From IMG/VR virus record IMGVR_UViG_2706796059_000001: DNA of 64,000 nt, one strand, 5' to 3'. This stretch comes from a virus (taxonomy: Duplodnaviria; Heunggongvirae; Uroviricota; Caudoviricetes; Straboviridae). This document shows, one piece after another, positions 26,867 through 35,563 of this stretch. The position numbers and the translations under genes were made by a program. Numbering within the stretch: position 1 is the first letter of the stretch; each line of letters begins with the position of its first letter. A model generated the notes under the pieces. The model saw only the letters and a list, made by a program, of their open reading frames with translations, did no database searches and was not told the DNA's origin.

Positions 26867-27616
26867 TTCAAGAATATTCAAATTATATTTCGGCTTCATG
26901 TAATGACTCATGTTTGCACAAATGAAATCACATGCCCAATTCTTAGTAAGCCGTGTAATTGTCTTCTTCAACGCATGATTCCACGCATTCAACGGCATCA
27001 TTCCGTGAACAATGTATCGTTCAATTGCGATTACCGAAATTTCTTCGTGGAATAAATTGATCTTGTCTTCGAACGACAATTGTTCGAACTTCTCTTTACT
27101 GACTAAAACATCACAGCCGTCTTTGAGAATTTTCTCATACAACGGGCGGTTAGGTGCTGCGACCATTCGATGAAGCTCATCATGTTCATACACGTATCGA
27201 ACTTTGTCATTAAAGAAGTCGTCTGCGTCTTTGTTCAAACACAGATAATCTTTATTGCCAAGCTCTTTTCGCCAGTGATTCGTCAACGCCGCGTATAGCT
27301 CAGGCTTGATTTTGCAGAATCGCGATAAAGCAATAACATCACGCTTATGCTTGTCCCACAACGTCGAACCACCAAACTGACTATACCCGACTTTATGTTC
27401 ATCCCAACCAAGATGGCTGCACTTAATCGTATATATTTCATCAGCAGTTGCTATATCACCGTCGAACATCTGCAATATCTCGACGGGCATGACAATGAAA
27501 TCATCCCCGTCGTTAGCCGAGTCGGGAGAGTCTACGAATACATCTAGGTCTTTAATGGTATTACGCAGTCGAATACCATTATGATGCAACGCAGTTGACC
27601 CGACAACAATACGCAT
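26855..27616 (-). CDS. Putative nucleotidyltransferase-fold protein
   Basis: IVVGSTAL...KDLDVF (GS plus DxD); ORF well formed. Confidence 0.55.
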   Translation of the reverse strand: MRIVVGSTALHHNGIRLRNTIKDLDVFVDSPDSANDGDDFIVMPVEILQMFDGDIATADEIYTIKCSHLGWDEHKVGYSQFGGSTLWDKHKRDVIALSRFCKIKPELYAALTNHWRKELGNKDYLCLNKDADDFFNDKVRYVYEHDELHRMVAAPNRPLYEKILKDGCDVLVSKEKFEQLSFEDKINLFHEEISVIAIERYIVHGMMPLNAWNHALKKTITRLTKNWACDFICANMSHYMKPKYNLNILEEKG

Positions 27617-27618
27617 TA

Positions 27619-27912
27619 CTAAGGAGTGCTCGTGAATTGAGTTATCGTAACTTGCTTTGGGTATACTTCAACGAAGTGATCCCCGTAGTTATCGTAACCG
27701 TGGTAGCTGTAGTAGCTGTATTCAGTCTTGAAATAGCGATCAGCTTTCTTCAAGATAGTGTAACAGTACTCAGAGCCGCCTTCACCCCCACCATCTTGTT
27801 CAACGAACTCGACACCCGGGTATTCACCATCACCGTCTAACAGAAAGTCAAGATAATCCGTATCGTCGTAGTCTTCACCAAGAATTTCTTCAAATGTATA
27901 ACGATTTGTCAT
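27619..27912 (-). CDS. Hypothetical acidic Tyr-rich protein
   Basis: ORF track. Confidence 0.6.
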   Translation of the reverse strand: MTNRYTFEEILGEDYDDTDYLDFLLDGDGEYPGVEFVEQDGGGEGGSEYCYTILKKADRYFKTEYSYYSYHGYDNYGDHFVEVYPKQVTITQFTSTP

Positions 27913-28233
27913 TTATTTCACCATTTTTTCAGTTTTTGCTTTGTGTTCGTTTTCTTTTCGCTCCCATTTGGCGAGCTTGTTTCGAACAACGTTCATGATT
28001 TCTGCTTCAGTGATGTTCGGGTTATCAACGTAAATCAGATCAACAAGACACAAAATCCCGTCTACTGCTTCACCTAGAATGCCGTCAACGTCAGCGTTTT
28101 TGTACGACGTACCGTACTTGACGCGAACTTCAGTTGCTAGTTCGCCTACTTCTTCAACAACGCTCATGTGAACGTCTTTTACTGTTCGACCGTTGTCGAT
28201 TCGCTTACTTGAAGCTAGAATTTCATTGATCAT
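27913..28233 (-). CDS. MazG-like NTP pyrophosphohydrolase
   Basis: EEVGELA...GEAVDG...KLAKW. Confidence 0.78.
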   Translation of the reverse strand: MINEILASSKRIDNGRTVKDVHMSVVEEVGELATEVRVKYGTSYKNADVDGILGEAVDGILCLVDLIYVDNPNITEAEIMNVVRNKLAKWERKENEHKAKTEKMVK

Positions 28234-28619
28234 AGAGTATTCAACACATCAACAATTTGAATTTTTTCAACAGTGTGAAATCCATATTCACAGTAAGGCA
28301 TTTGTTCAGAAATGAACTGAATATCATCTTCACTGAACTCAGGGTATACTTCTGAGTTCGGACGCTCTTGACATTCGCCTTCTGTCCAACTCGCCAGAGA
28401 ATCACCAGAAAGATGTACGAGCGTTTCAAATCGCTCAACTTCTTCACTCGATGCCGGTTTCAAATCGCCAACGTAATCACCATCATTGGTGTCAACTTCT
28501 ACGTAAATATGTAACGCCATTACAAATTCCTCATTATTGTGCCTATTAAAGCGAAAACAATCGCCGAGATGATCAATACAACCCACCCAGCGACTGTATG
28601 ACCCGAAATGATGAGCCAT
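28230..28619 (-). CDS. Hypothetical protein (likely start MALHIY)
   Basis: ORF track; GAGG SD before internal Met. Confidence 0.55.
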   Translation of the reverse strand: MAHHFGSYSRWVGCIDHLGDCFRFNRHNNEEFVMALHIYVEVDTNDGDYVGDLKPASSEEVERFETLVHLSGDSLASWTEGECQERPNSEVYPEFSEDDIQFISEQMPYCEYGFHTVEKIQIVDVLNTL

Positions 28620-28726
28620 GCACCGAAGATAAGCCCGCCAACTGACAATCCGAGAATAACCAACATTGCGACGATACCGAACGCAATCAATGTCAACAAC
28701 CCCGTTACGAACTCACCTAAGTTCAT
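28520..28726 (-). CDS. Small membrane protein (start revised to MNLGE)
   Basis: Almost entirely hydrophobic. Confidence 0.55.
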   Translation of the reverse strand: MNLGEFVTGLLTLIAFGIVAMLVILGLSVGGLIFGAWLIISGHTVAGWVVLIISAIVFALIGTIMRNL

Positions 28727-28727
28727 G

Positions 28728-28922
28728 TTACTCACCAATTTCAAAGTCAAAAAGATAGTGAATCTTGCCGTCAGTTAGCGAATCGCCGATGAGCGGGTCG
28801 TTAGCTGCAACAACTTTGCTGTACGGAAGTTTGATAAGCTCACCGTCGATTGTGTCAATTCGCTCAATTACAATGATTGGCGTACCTGTTTTCAGTTCAA
28901 AATAATCTGTTTTACTAATCAC
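28728..28922 (-). CDS. Hypothetical protein
   Basis: ORF track; coupled to td. Confidence 0.5.
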   Translation of the reverse strand: MISKTDYFELKTGTPIIVIERIDTIDGELIKLPYSKVVAANDPLIGDSLTDGKIHYLFDFEIGE

Positions 28923-29821
28923 GACATTTTACCTTTTAGGGTTGGGTATGGGTCATAGTCATATACGCGAAAATCACTTGCGCGTTTAGTTAACAACTGT
29001 GACAACGTTTCAAATTCAGGAAGTTCAATCTGAGGTAGCGCACGCGGCGTACGTCTCATTTGCTTCATTACTTGTATTAGATGATCTTCATAAATGTGAA
29101 CATCACCACCAGAGAAAATCAATTCACCGACACCTAAGCCAGTCAATCTAGCTAGTATATGCACTAGCAAAGCATACGATGCGATATTGAACGGTAGACC
29201 TAAGAATGTGTCAACTGAACGCTGATTCCATTTCAAGCTGATCTTACCATTACGCACGAACACTTGAAAGCCGTAATGACATGGCGGTAGAGCTACGTCA
29301 ACTGAGTTACTTTCAGTATGGAAGTACGGGTCCCATGCTTCAACAAGCATACGACGTTGCGCACTTTGCGTCGGGTCTTCATTAACCGCTGCAATATCGC
29401 ACAGCAATTGATGAATCTGGTCAAACTCAACAATTTCTCGCTCTGCATTTACAGATAGACGTTTACGCCACACTTTGCCATAGACATAACCAAGGTCGTC
29501 TTCATTGCGAACAATACCTGCTTCTTTCGCACGCTCGTTCAGCTCGTCGAGATTTTGTTGCCAGATACAGAAATCTTCGTCTGATAATTCAGTGTATTTT
29601 CTCAGTTCAGAAATCGAACCTGAACCGCTCAAGAACCATAGCAACTCACCGAAAATAGCTCTTGTCGCCATTTTCTTAGTCGTTAGCAACGGGAAACCTT
29701 TTTCTAAGTCCCATCGAAGCTCACGCGAAACAACACTAACAGTATTCGTGCCTGTTCTATTCTCAAGAAAATCACCATTTTCTAGAATATCTTTACAAAG
29801 TTCCAAGTAGTTTTTCATCAA
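28919..29821 (-). CDS. td: Thymidylate synthase (intron-less)
   Basis: NRTG, FPLLTTKK, ELLWFL, LPPCH, QRSVD, GLPFNIASY, GDVHIY. Confidence 0.98.
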   Translation of the reverse strand: MMKNYLELCKDILENGDFLENRTGTNTVSVVSRELRWDLEKGFPLLTTKKMATRAIFGELLWFLSGSGSISELRKYTELSDEDFCIWQQNLDELNERAKEAGIVRNEDDLGYVYGKVWRKRLSVNAEREIVEFDQIHQLLCDIAAVNEDPTQSAQRRMLVEAWDPYFHTESNSVDVALPPCHYGFQVFVRNGKISLKWNQRSVDTFLGLPFNIASYALLVHILARLTGLGVGELIFSGGDVHIYEDHLIQVMKQMRRTPRALPQIELPEFETLSQLLTKRASDFRVYDYDPYPTLKGKMS

Positions 29822-29827
29822 TTACCT

Positions 29828-30031
29828 TTAAAAATCATCGTCCCATACTGCTTGCACGGGAGTACATTGCATCAACTGACCGTCAATTTCATAAGTCTCT
29901 GATTGCGGTTGAGTACTGTAAGATGTAGGTTGTTCAGCCTCAAACAACGTACCAGCAGCTACCGACGCTAGAATCCCTAGAATCGCAATCAAAACAATCA
30001 ATTCGATCAGAGTAAAACCTTTAGATTTCAT
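29828..30031 (-). CDS. Prepilin-type N-terminal cleavage/methylation mini-protein
   Basis: MKSKG-FTLIELIVLIAILGILASVA class III signal peptide, 67 aa total. Confidence 0.8.
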   Translation of the reverse strand: MKSKGFTLIELIVLIAILGILASVAAGTLFEAEQPTSYSTQPQSETYEIDGQLMQCTPVQAVWDDDF

Positions 30032-30067
30032 AATATTACACTCACAAAGTTAGTTAATAAACAGTTT

Positions 30068-30298
30068 TTACGGCAGTTTGCTCGTTTTGCGTGCTTGCTT
30101 TGCCGTTTCAGGTAGTTTCACTTCAAAGTGCTCTGCTTGTGAAACGTACAATACGCGCTCTGCAAGTAATTCACCGTTCTCGTAAACAGTCGTAATGAAT
30201 TCAGGACCAGAAGAGCTATTTTTAACATCAACACCTGGTTTTGTCATTAGCTCTTCAAAGCGAGTCGCAGTAGTCAATTTAAGATTTAAGTTATCCAT
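30068..30298 (-). CDS. Hypothetical protein
   Basis: ORF track. Confidence 0.55.
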   Translation of the reverse strand: MDNLNLKLTTATRFEELMTKPGVDVKNSSSGPEFITTVYENGELLAERVLYVSQAEHFEVKLPETAKQARKTSKLP

Positions 30299-30749
30299 GA
30301 TGAGAATGAAACCCCTCTAAGTATTTTGCAAGTTCATATGTTCGACCGTATTTGTAGAACATATCTGAATCAAAGTCGCGACGCTTTAGACCTTCGCCGA
30401 TCTTACGCAGTTCACGCCATTCTTTCATTTCTGCTTGAACTTGCATTAGCGTGTCGTCGCCAATGAATGCTACACCTGTTAGTGAGTGATGTAAACCTTC
30501 TTCTTGAAAAAATGTAATGTCTTCAACAACACCCATTTCACGAATTGTCTCTTCGATTTCTTCAAGATGGTCATGACTAGCCGCTGACAGAATAACGATT
30601 GTTTCGTCTTCGTTCAACCACTTGTCAAAGATCGGCTTTTCTGCTTTACGCGCAAGACGTAGCAGCGCATGTGCGCCTTGAATACCAGCTTGAATGCCTT
30701 TACAATAGCGATTCACGAAAATATATGCTTTACTCATTAAAAATTCCAA
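30291..30749 (-). CDS. Peptidyl-tRNA hydrolase type 2 (PTH2)-like protein
   Basis: AYIFVN...GIQAGIQGAHA...KW...IVIL...LEEI...FQEEG...LTGVAF follows the Pth2 fold pattern. Confidence 0.6.
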   Translation of the reverse strand: MEFLMSKAYIFVNRYCKGIQAGIQGAHALLRLARKAEKPIFDKWLNEDETIVILSAASHDHLEEIEETIREMGVVEDITFFQEEGLHHSLTGVAFIGDDTLMQVQAEMKEWRELRKIGEGLKRRDFDSDMFYKYGRTYELAKYLEGFHSHHG

Positions 30750-30788
30750 AATTATTCAAAAATTACACTAAAACATGACCTTTCATAT

Positions 30789-30796
30789 TATAAATA
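30789..30796 (+). promoter_or_regulatory. T4 late promoter for homing endonuclease
   Basis: TATAAATA then AAGGAG SD and ATG at 30814. Confidence 0.75.
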
Positions 30797-30813
30797 AAAT
30801 AAAAGGAGATTGC

Positions 30814-31464
30814 ATGTTTCACATCATATACAAAATTACAAACGAAATCAACAAAAAAATTTACGTCGGTAAGCATAGCACACACAACATTGACGACTCT
30901 TACATGGGCTCTGGAGTTGCGCTGCAACGAGCATTCGACAAGTATGGTATAGAGAACTTCACAAAGGAAATTATTCACGTGTGCGATACTTGCGAAGATG
31001 CATTGATACTCGAATCAGAGATCGTCGATCTCGATTTCGTCAATCGCAAAGACACATATAACCTAGTTGTTGGCGGTCTAAGCGGCTCAACCGGTACCAT
31101 AGTCAGCGAAGAAACTCGCCAAAAACAGTCGGCGGCAAAGAAAGGTCGCAAGCTAACTCAAGAACACAAAGACAAAATTGCCGATTCATTGCGTGGTAAA
31201 CCTAGTCGTGCAGCCGGTTCGGTCAAAAGCGAAGAGGCTAAACGAAAAACGTCGGAAGCATTAAAGGGTCGAACTTCACCGATGAAAGGCAAAACTCACT
31301 CAGAAGATACCAGACAGGCATTATCTGAATTGAATAAAGGTCGACCAAAGCCCGTTGTTACATGCCCACATTGTGGCAAATCGGGCGGCGCTTCAGCAAT
31401 GAAACGTTGGCATTTTGATAATTGCAAACTTAAAGATCACAAATCTTTTCCTCACAATACATAA
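30814..31464 (+). mobile_element. Free-standing GIY-YIG (Seg-like) homing endonuclease with NUMOD3-type repeats
   Basis: IIYKITN...YVGKH, YMGSG, F.KEI, YNL; repeated basic modules (SEETRQKQS, SEEAKRKTS, SEDTRQALS); terminal CPHC; opposite strand to neighbours. Confidence 0.9.
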
Positions 31465-31684
31465 AGCCATGAGCGTTTCTAGTTAATTCACTCACAACTG
31501 TGCCATTAATCATGTCGATGTTCACAGTGTTCAATTGAACTTCATTACCTGCGTCATCAACAAGTCGTAGAAAATCACCACGTGCCCATAGACACGGTGC
31601 AATATCAACCAACTGACCAAAAAAGCTCTCTTGGTCTAGTCTTTCAGTGACCTCGATATAGTCACCAAGTCTAATTTGCTTCAT
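31430..31684 (-). CDS. Hypothetical protein
   Basis: ORF track; tail overlaps endonuclease tail by 35 nt. Confidence 0.55.
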   Translation of the reverse strand: MKQIRLGDYIEVTERLDQESFFGQLVDIAPCLWARGDFLRLVDDAGNEVQLNTVNIDMINGTVVSELTRNAHGFMYCEEKICDL

Positions 31685-32069
31685 TTTGCTTTCTGCTTAT
31701 ATCAATCAAAAAGAATTTATCATGGTTTTGCTTATTTTCATTACGATATATCGTCGTAATCAAAATACAACCTTTAATTCCCTTCTCAAATATTATGTAA
31801 ATATCTTCACGCTTGATAGCAAGCTCACGCTTTTCAGCACTGTAATACCAATACAGAACTTCACCTAAGTGCTTGTTTACTGTATGATACAGCATTCTAC
31901 GCAATGTTGAATGTTCAGCAGCACAGAATCGGTCATATACTCGATGTGTGAAGTGTTTCTTCATAACAAAGTCAACAGTCCCGACTAAGCCACGCTGCTT
32001 CTCAATCGCGTAATTGTTGAATTCAAATGAAAATCTTTTCCATTTGTACATGAACGAATGCAAATTCAT
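31671..32069 (-). CDS. Hypothetical protein
   Basis: ORF track. Confidence 0.6.
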   Translation of the reverse strand: MNLHSFMYKWKRFSFEFNNYAIEKQRGLVGTVDFVMKKHFTHRVYDRFCAAEHSTLRRMLYHTVNKHLGEVLYWYYSAEKRELAIKREDIYIIFEKGIKGCILITTIYRNENKQNHDKFFLIDISRKQNEAN

Positions 32070-32203
32070 AACGTTTTTTCAAACTCATTGATTTGCGAAT
32101 TAAGCTCTTCGCGAGTACGAGCAACTAAAACAGTACCGTCTTTGTATGTCGCGATGAACTGAGCTTTCTTTTCGATTGTCCAATCTAAGCGATTCGTTGT
32201 CAT
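32066..32203 (-). CDS. Small early protein (start revised to MTTNRL)
   Basis: Promoter and GAGA leader directly upstream. Confidence 0.55.
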   Translation of the reverse strand: MTTNRLDWTIEKKAQFIATYKDGTVLVARTREELNSQINEFEKTL

Positions 32204-32219
32204 AATATTGTTCTCTTTT

Positions 32220-32264
32220 CGTTGTCGATGTGAGTATATTACACAAGTCACATCGACAACGCAA
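32220..32264 (-). promoter_or_regulatory. Sigma70 promoter whose -10 lies in the loop of a perfect 14-bp inverted repeat
   Basis: TTGCGT-N17-TAATAT; arms CGTTGTCGATGTGA (32220-32233) and TCACATCGACAACG (32248-32261). Confidence 0.75.
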
Positions 32265-32271
32265 CCACTTT

Positions 32272-32433
32272 TTACATATTTTCTGTAATTCTGAAAATAT
32301 TAATCAGTGGGTATTTGTAAACCATACCGTCTTTCATCATCAAGCAGTAAAGACCGTCTTTGGTGTAAGCGTTCTTTACATTATCATGAACAACTGGCTT
32401 GGCTTGTGATAGTAAATGTACAGCAATCATCAT
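32272..32433 (-). CDS. Unlisted 53 aa ORF MMIAVHLLSQAKPVVHDNVKNAYTKDGLYCLMMKDGMVYKYPLINIFRITENM
   Basis: Manually translated; ATGA overlap with dexA stop; fills the gap. Confidence 0.6.
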   Translation of the reverse strand: MMIAVHLLSQAKPVVHDNVKNAYTKDGLYCLMMKDGMVYKYPLINIFRITENM

Positions 32434-33122
32434 AGTAGCCCAAGTTCCTCTTTCTCTTCGTCAGTGAAATCAACCGATACTTCATGACATTCCATTTTCT
32501 CGGGTAGTTCTTCTAAATCAAGTGCGTAACGCGCTGCCATGATAAGCATCATTGCATCTTTCGCACAGTCGTGTACGCCGTTGTGGTGAATGAAACCTGG
32601 CATTGCGTCACGACGAATTGGCACTTTACACATGTCACGTTGTAACATCAATGCTTCAATACGAGTACGAACATCACGGAATTTCCAGAATCGTTCGATG
32701 ACTGCATGACGCAAGCCGCTGTACTTGAAGCAATCTGCCATTAACGGGATATCGTAGTTATTACCGCGACAGTACAAGTGTGAACGACCGTCGTAGCGAG
32801 TGTTTTCTTCGATCCACTCAATGAACAACTTGTGACCTTCTTCAACCGACACGTCTTCTGCGCTAGGTATTAGAATTTCTTTCGCTTCTTTTGATTGCTC
32901 AGACCACCATTGCACAGTAGCTTTGTTAATGCTTCGCTTACCTTTCTGAGTTTTGATCTCAAACTTGCAACGAAAAGAGTTTTTCACAAGCTCTTGGTAG
33001 TCAGGGACTTTCGTAAAATCGTGCTCGAATTCAACTGCACCTAGTTCAATAACCGCAGCGTCAGGGGTCACGTCGAACCCCTCATAGTCAATCAGTATGT
33101 CGTAAATGGGTTTATCATTCAT
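32430..33122 (-). CDS. dexA: 3'-5' exonuclease A (DexA-like, DEDDh)
   Basis: LIDYEG, YCRGNNYDIP, FWKFRDVRT, HNGVHDCAKD. Confidence 0.9.
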   Translation of the reverse strand: MNDKPIYDILIDYEGFDVTPDAAVIELGAVEFEHDFTKVPDYQELVKNSFRCKFEIKTQKGKRSINKATVQWWSEQSKEAKEILIPSAEDVSVEEGHKLFIEWIEENTRYDGRSHLYCRGNNYDIPLMADCFKYSGLRHAVIERFWKFRDVRTRIEALMLQRDMCKVPIRRDAMPGFIHHNGVHDCAKDAMMLIMAARYALDLEELPEKMECHEVSVDFTDEEKEELGLL

Positions 33123-33361
33123 GATATTTCTCTCTTCACATTTAGTAAATCATGCAGCAATTCAAGCTTGCTTTCGATTTTGTGTTGTTGATCTTGAATC
33201 TGACCAAGAGTCGCTTTACGAGCATTGATCATCTTCTCTTTTTCTTCTTGATCGCGTGCAACATCGAGACGAAGCGCACTTTCTACGCGCTCGTCTGTCA
33301 GAATTATACGCATTGAATTTAGAATACGGTCAGTATCCAACAAATCATCTTCATTTGACAT
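33119..33361 (-). CDS. Hypothetical coiled-coil protein
   Basis: ORF track; coupled. Confidence 0.6.
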   Translation of the reverse strand: MSNEDDLLDTDRILNSMRIILTDERVESALRLDVARDQEEKEKMINARKATLGQIQDQQHKIESKLELLHDLLNVKREIS

Positions 33362-33960
33362 TATTTCACCCCGCTACCGCCAAACCCACGAGCACCGCGG
33401 TCAGTTTTTTTGTCAAAAGTATCAACTTCTTCAAACTGCACGTTTTTCACGTAAGTATGGAAAATCAATTGACAGATACGATCACCGCGCTCAATATGCA
33501 GCACATCGTCGCCTTCGTTGCGAATCTTGATCATGATTTCGCCTTGATAGTTCGCGTCGATAATCCCGATTGTGTTTGCTAGACGCAAGAAGTGCTTGAA
33601 CCCAAGACCACTGCGCGGTGCAATCGCGCCGTATACACCAATCTCATCAGCATAATGAGGAAATCCAAACGAGTTTTTATGTGCGAAATAACGCATAATA
33701 CGTCGAAATGCTTCAAATGTATTGCTCAAATTCACATTATTTTGATGAATCGAGTGAGAACCAATATGAATCTTGACACCAGACGGGATAACGACTGAAT
33801 CACCCGGTTGTAGCTCGATTGACTCTTCAATTGCAGCACGCAGATCAATACCCGCGTCATCTGGGTCTTTCACACCAATTGGCTCAATTGCTTTTAGACC
33901 AAGTTCTTTGTTTTCTTTGTAGTGAGGCAGGTAAATAATCTTCATTAAATTTTCTTCCAT
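33361..33960 (-). CDS. dut: Trimeric dUTPase with ~35 aa insertion
   Basis: DAGIDL, APRSGLG, GIIDANYQGEI, GDRICQ, RGARGFGGSG. Confidence 0.93.
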   Translation of the reverse strand: MEENLMKIIYLPHYKENKELGLKAIEPIGVKDPDDAGIDLRAAIEESIELQPGDSVVIPSGVKIHIGSHSIHQNNVNLSNTFEAFRRIMRYFAHKNSFGFPHYADEIGVYGAIAPRSGLGFKHFLRLANTIGIIDANYQGEIMIKIRNEGDDVLHIERGDRICQLIFHTYVKNVQFEEVDTFDKKTDRGARGFGGSGVK

Positions 33961-35003
33961 CTGTTAAGTCGATTTGTAGCCATTAGACCGCTAACGGCAT
34001 TTTCATAAATGTATTGCTGAATGAACTCAGCAGACACACCAGCTTTGACAAAATCATTGATGTCTTTCTTATCAATAATTTGAGGTGGGAGCTTATCCCA
34101 AATAACAACACGCTCACCTGCTCTGATTAGAACTTGAAGACGCTTTACAACGTCTGGGTGCCGAGGCTCATTATCAAGCGCCCAAATGCGATTCCCCGCA
34201 TAAGGTGCATTTTGTGGACTGACTTGTCCACCTACTATAGCACAGCAATTGTAGAGGAATAAACTATCAATCGGGCCCTCAACGAAAATAACAGGGTCAT
34301 CTTCATTGATACGCTCTGTGCCGTATATCTTGTTGAAATCGTCGTCAATTTTAATGGTCATGTATCGTTGAGCATGTTTGTTTGTCAACGCACGACCTTG
34401 AACAGCAATCAAACCTTCTTTGTTATAGATAGGTATTACCAATCGAGGGTGGTCATTTCTAATCTCACCTTCGTACAAATCTGGGCGAAGCGTCTTAGCC
34501 ATTTGAGACCAGCCACGAGTAAACCCAAGCAAATGCCACTTGTCTTTAGGGATTTTTCTAGATTCGAGGTATTTGTGCATCACATGACCATCTTTAAGGG
34601 CAGTGATATTATAGAAAAGTTGCTCTTCTTGTTCTTTCTCAACGACAGTCGCTTCTTTCTTTTCAACGACTGGTTCAGGTTCGCGTTCTTTACGCTCACG
34701 AGAATTGCGCTCTTTGAATAACTCGACGCGATACTGAGAAAACAACGATGGTTCGTGATCTTTCAAAAAAGTATACAGAGATTCGTTATAGTCACAGTTC
34801 CAGCAACTACAACGTAAATGAATCTCACCAGAACGTGTCTTAACTTCATTAATCCAGAAACGTGTCTTGTACTTGTTCTTTTTCGAGTCACCACAAATCG
34901 GGCATCTTGCATTGATTTTGAATGGACGATGACTATGCACCGTAGGGAGTAGTAATCGATGCTGAAGCATCTTGGCGTATTGTATATCAATCAATATTTG
35001 CAT
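33945..35003 (-). CDS. 61: DNA primase gp61
   Basis: RCPICGDS...CWNC Zn finger, RLVIPI, QGR, VEGPIDSLF, DNE, KDIND. Confidence 0.96.
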   Translation of the reverse strand: MQILIDIQYAKMLQHRLLLPTVHSHRPFKINARCPICGDSKKNKYKTRFWINEVKTRSGEIHLRCSCWNCDYNESLYTFLKDHEPSLFSQYRVELFKERNSRERKEREPEPVVEKKEATVVEKEQEEQLFYNITALKDGHVMHKYLESRKIPKDKWHLLGFTRGWSQMAKTLRPDLYEGEIRNDHPRLVIPIYNKEGLIAVQGRALTNKHAQRYMTIKIDDDFNKIYGTERINEDDPVIFVEGPIDSLFLYNCCAIVGGQVSPQNAPYAGNRIWALDNEPRHPDVVKRLQVLIRAGERVVIWDKLPPQIIDKKDINDFVKAGVSAEFIQQYIYENAVSGLMATNRLNRWKKI

Positions 35004-35013
35004 AATTCAACCT

Positions 35014-35052
35014 CCGTGTAGTGATTATACACGGCATCACGATACGATAAAC
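35014..35052 (-). promoter_or_regulatory. GTTTA-class promoter for primase with -10 inside a 7-bp inverted repeat
   Basis: GTTTA-N18-TATAAT; CCGTGTA-N7-TACACGG at 35014-35034. Confidence 0.65.
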
Positions 35053-35054
35053 AT

Positions 35055-35083
35055 AAAAAAAGCCCCGTTTCCGAGGCGTTTTA
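35055..35083 (-). terminator. Terminator after 61.1
   Basis: gcc-tcggaaacg-gggc stem plus T-run (minus). Confidence 0.6.
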
Positions 35084-35563
35084 TTATTCGAAATGTCTGA
35101 ACTTCTTCAGCTTTTTCTTTTTCTTTTTCTTACCGATAGTTTCAGGACCTGCATTAGTTACAGCACCAGTCGTTTCACCAGAAGCAATCGACTCTGGTGA
35201 GCTACTACCGTCACCCGCATCACCTGCAACAACAGCTTCTTCGACTCGAATACACTCTTTCGCGAAATCTTCAGATAACCCGTATTCTTTTGCAAGCTCA
35301 ATCAGCAACAAATAAGACGCGCCATAATCAAGTGCTGTTTTACCACCTGGTAATGCACCAACCATGCGCTTGATATTTCTCACAGTAACATGAAACATCG
35401 TCCAGTTACTTTTCTCTTGTGCAGTTACAGGGTCACGCAACTTCTTACCATCTGCGTCGATGATACCCATTCGATATGCTTCCCAACGTTCAAAACGAAG
35501 ATGAAGCAAACGAGACAGACGAAGAGCATAAAAACCATCTGCACCACGTTTAGCTACACTCAT
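35084..35563 (-). CDS. 61.1: Conserved protein gp61.1-like
   Basis: FERWEAYRMGIIDADGKKLRDP...WTMFH...KRM; adjacent to gene 61. Confidence 0.7.
   Translation of the reverse strand: MSVAKRGADGFYALRLSRLLHLRFERWEAYRMGIIDADGKKLRDPVTAQEKSNWTMFHVTVRNIKRMVGALPGGKTALDYGASYLLLIELAKEYGLSEDFAKECIRVEEAVVAGDAGDGSSSPESIASGETTGAVTNAGPETIGKKKKKKKLKKFRHFE

Noticed and set aside
28919-29821. Group I intron in td
   Set aside because: ORF continuous and of normal length
30033-30062. GTTTA-N19-TAATAT promoter for the pilin-like gene
   Set aside because: The -10 would lie 1 nt from the ATG; more likely the common attATG leader
30763-30978. Minus-strand 71 aa ORF
   Set aside because: Antisense to the GIY-YIG gene, which has promoter and SD support
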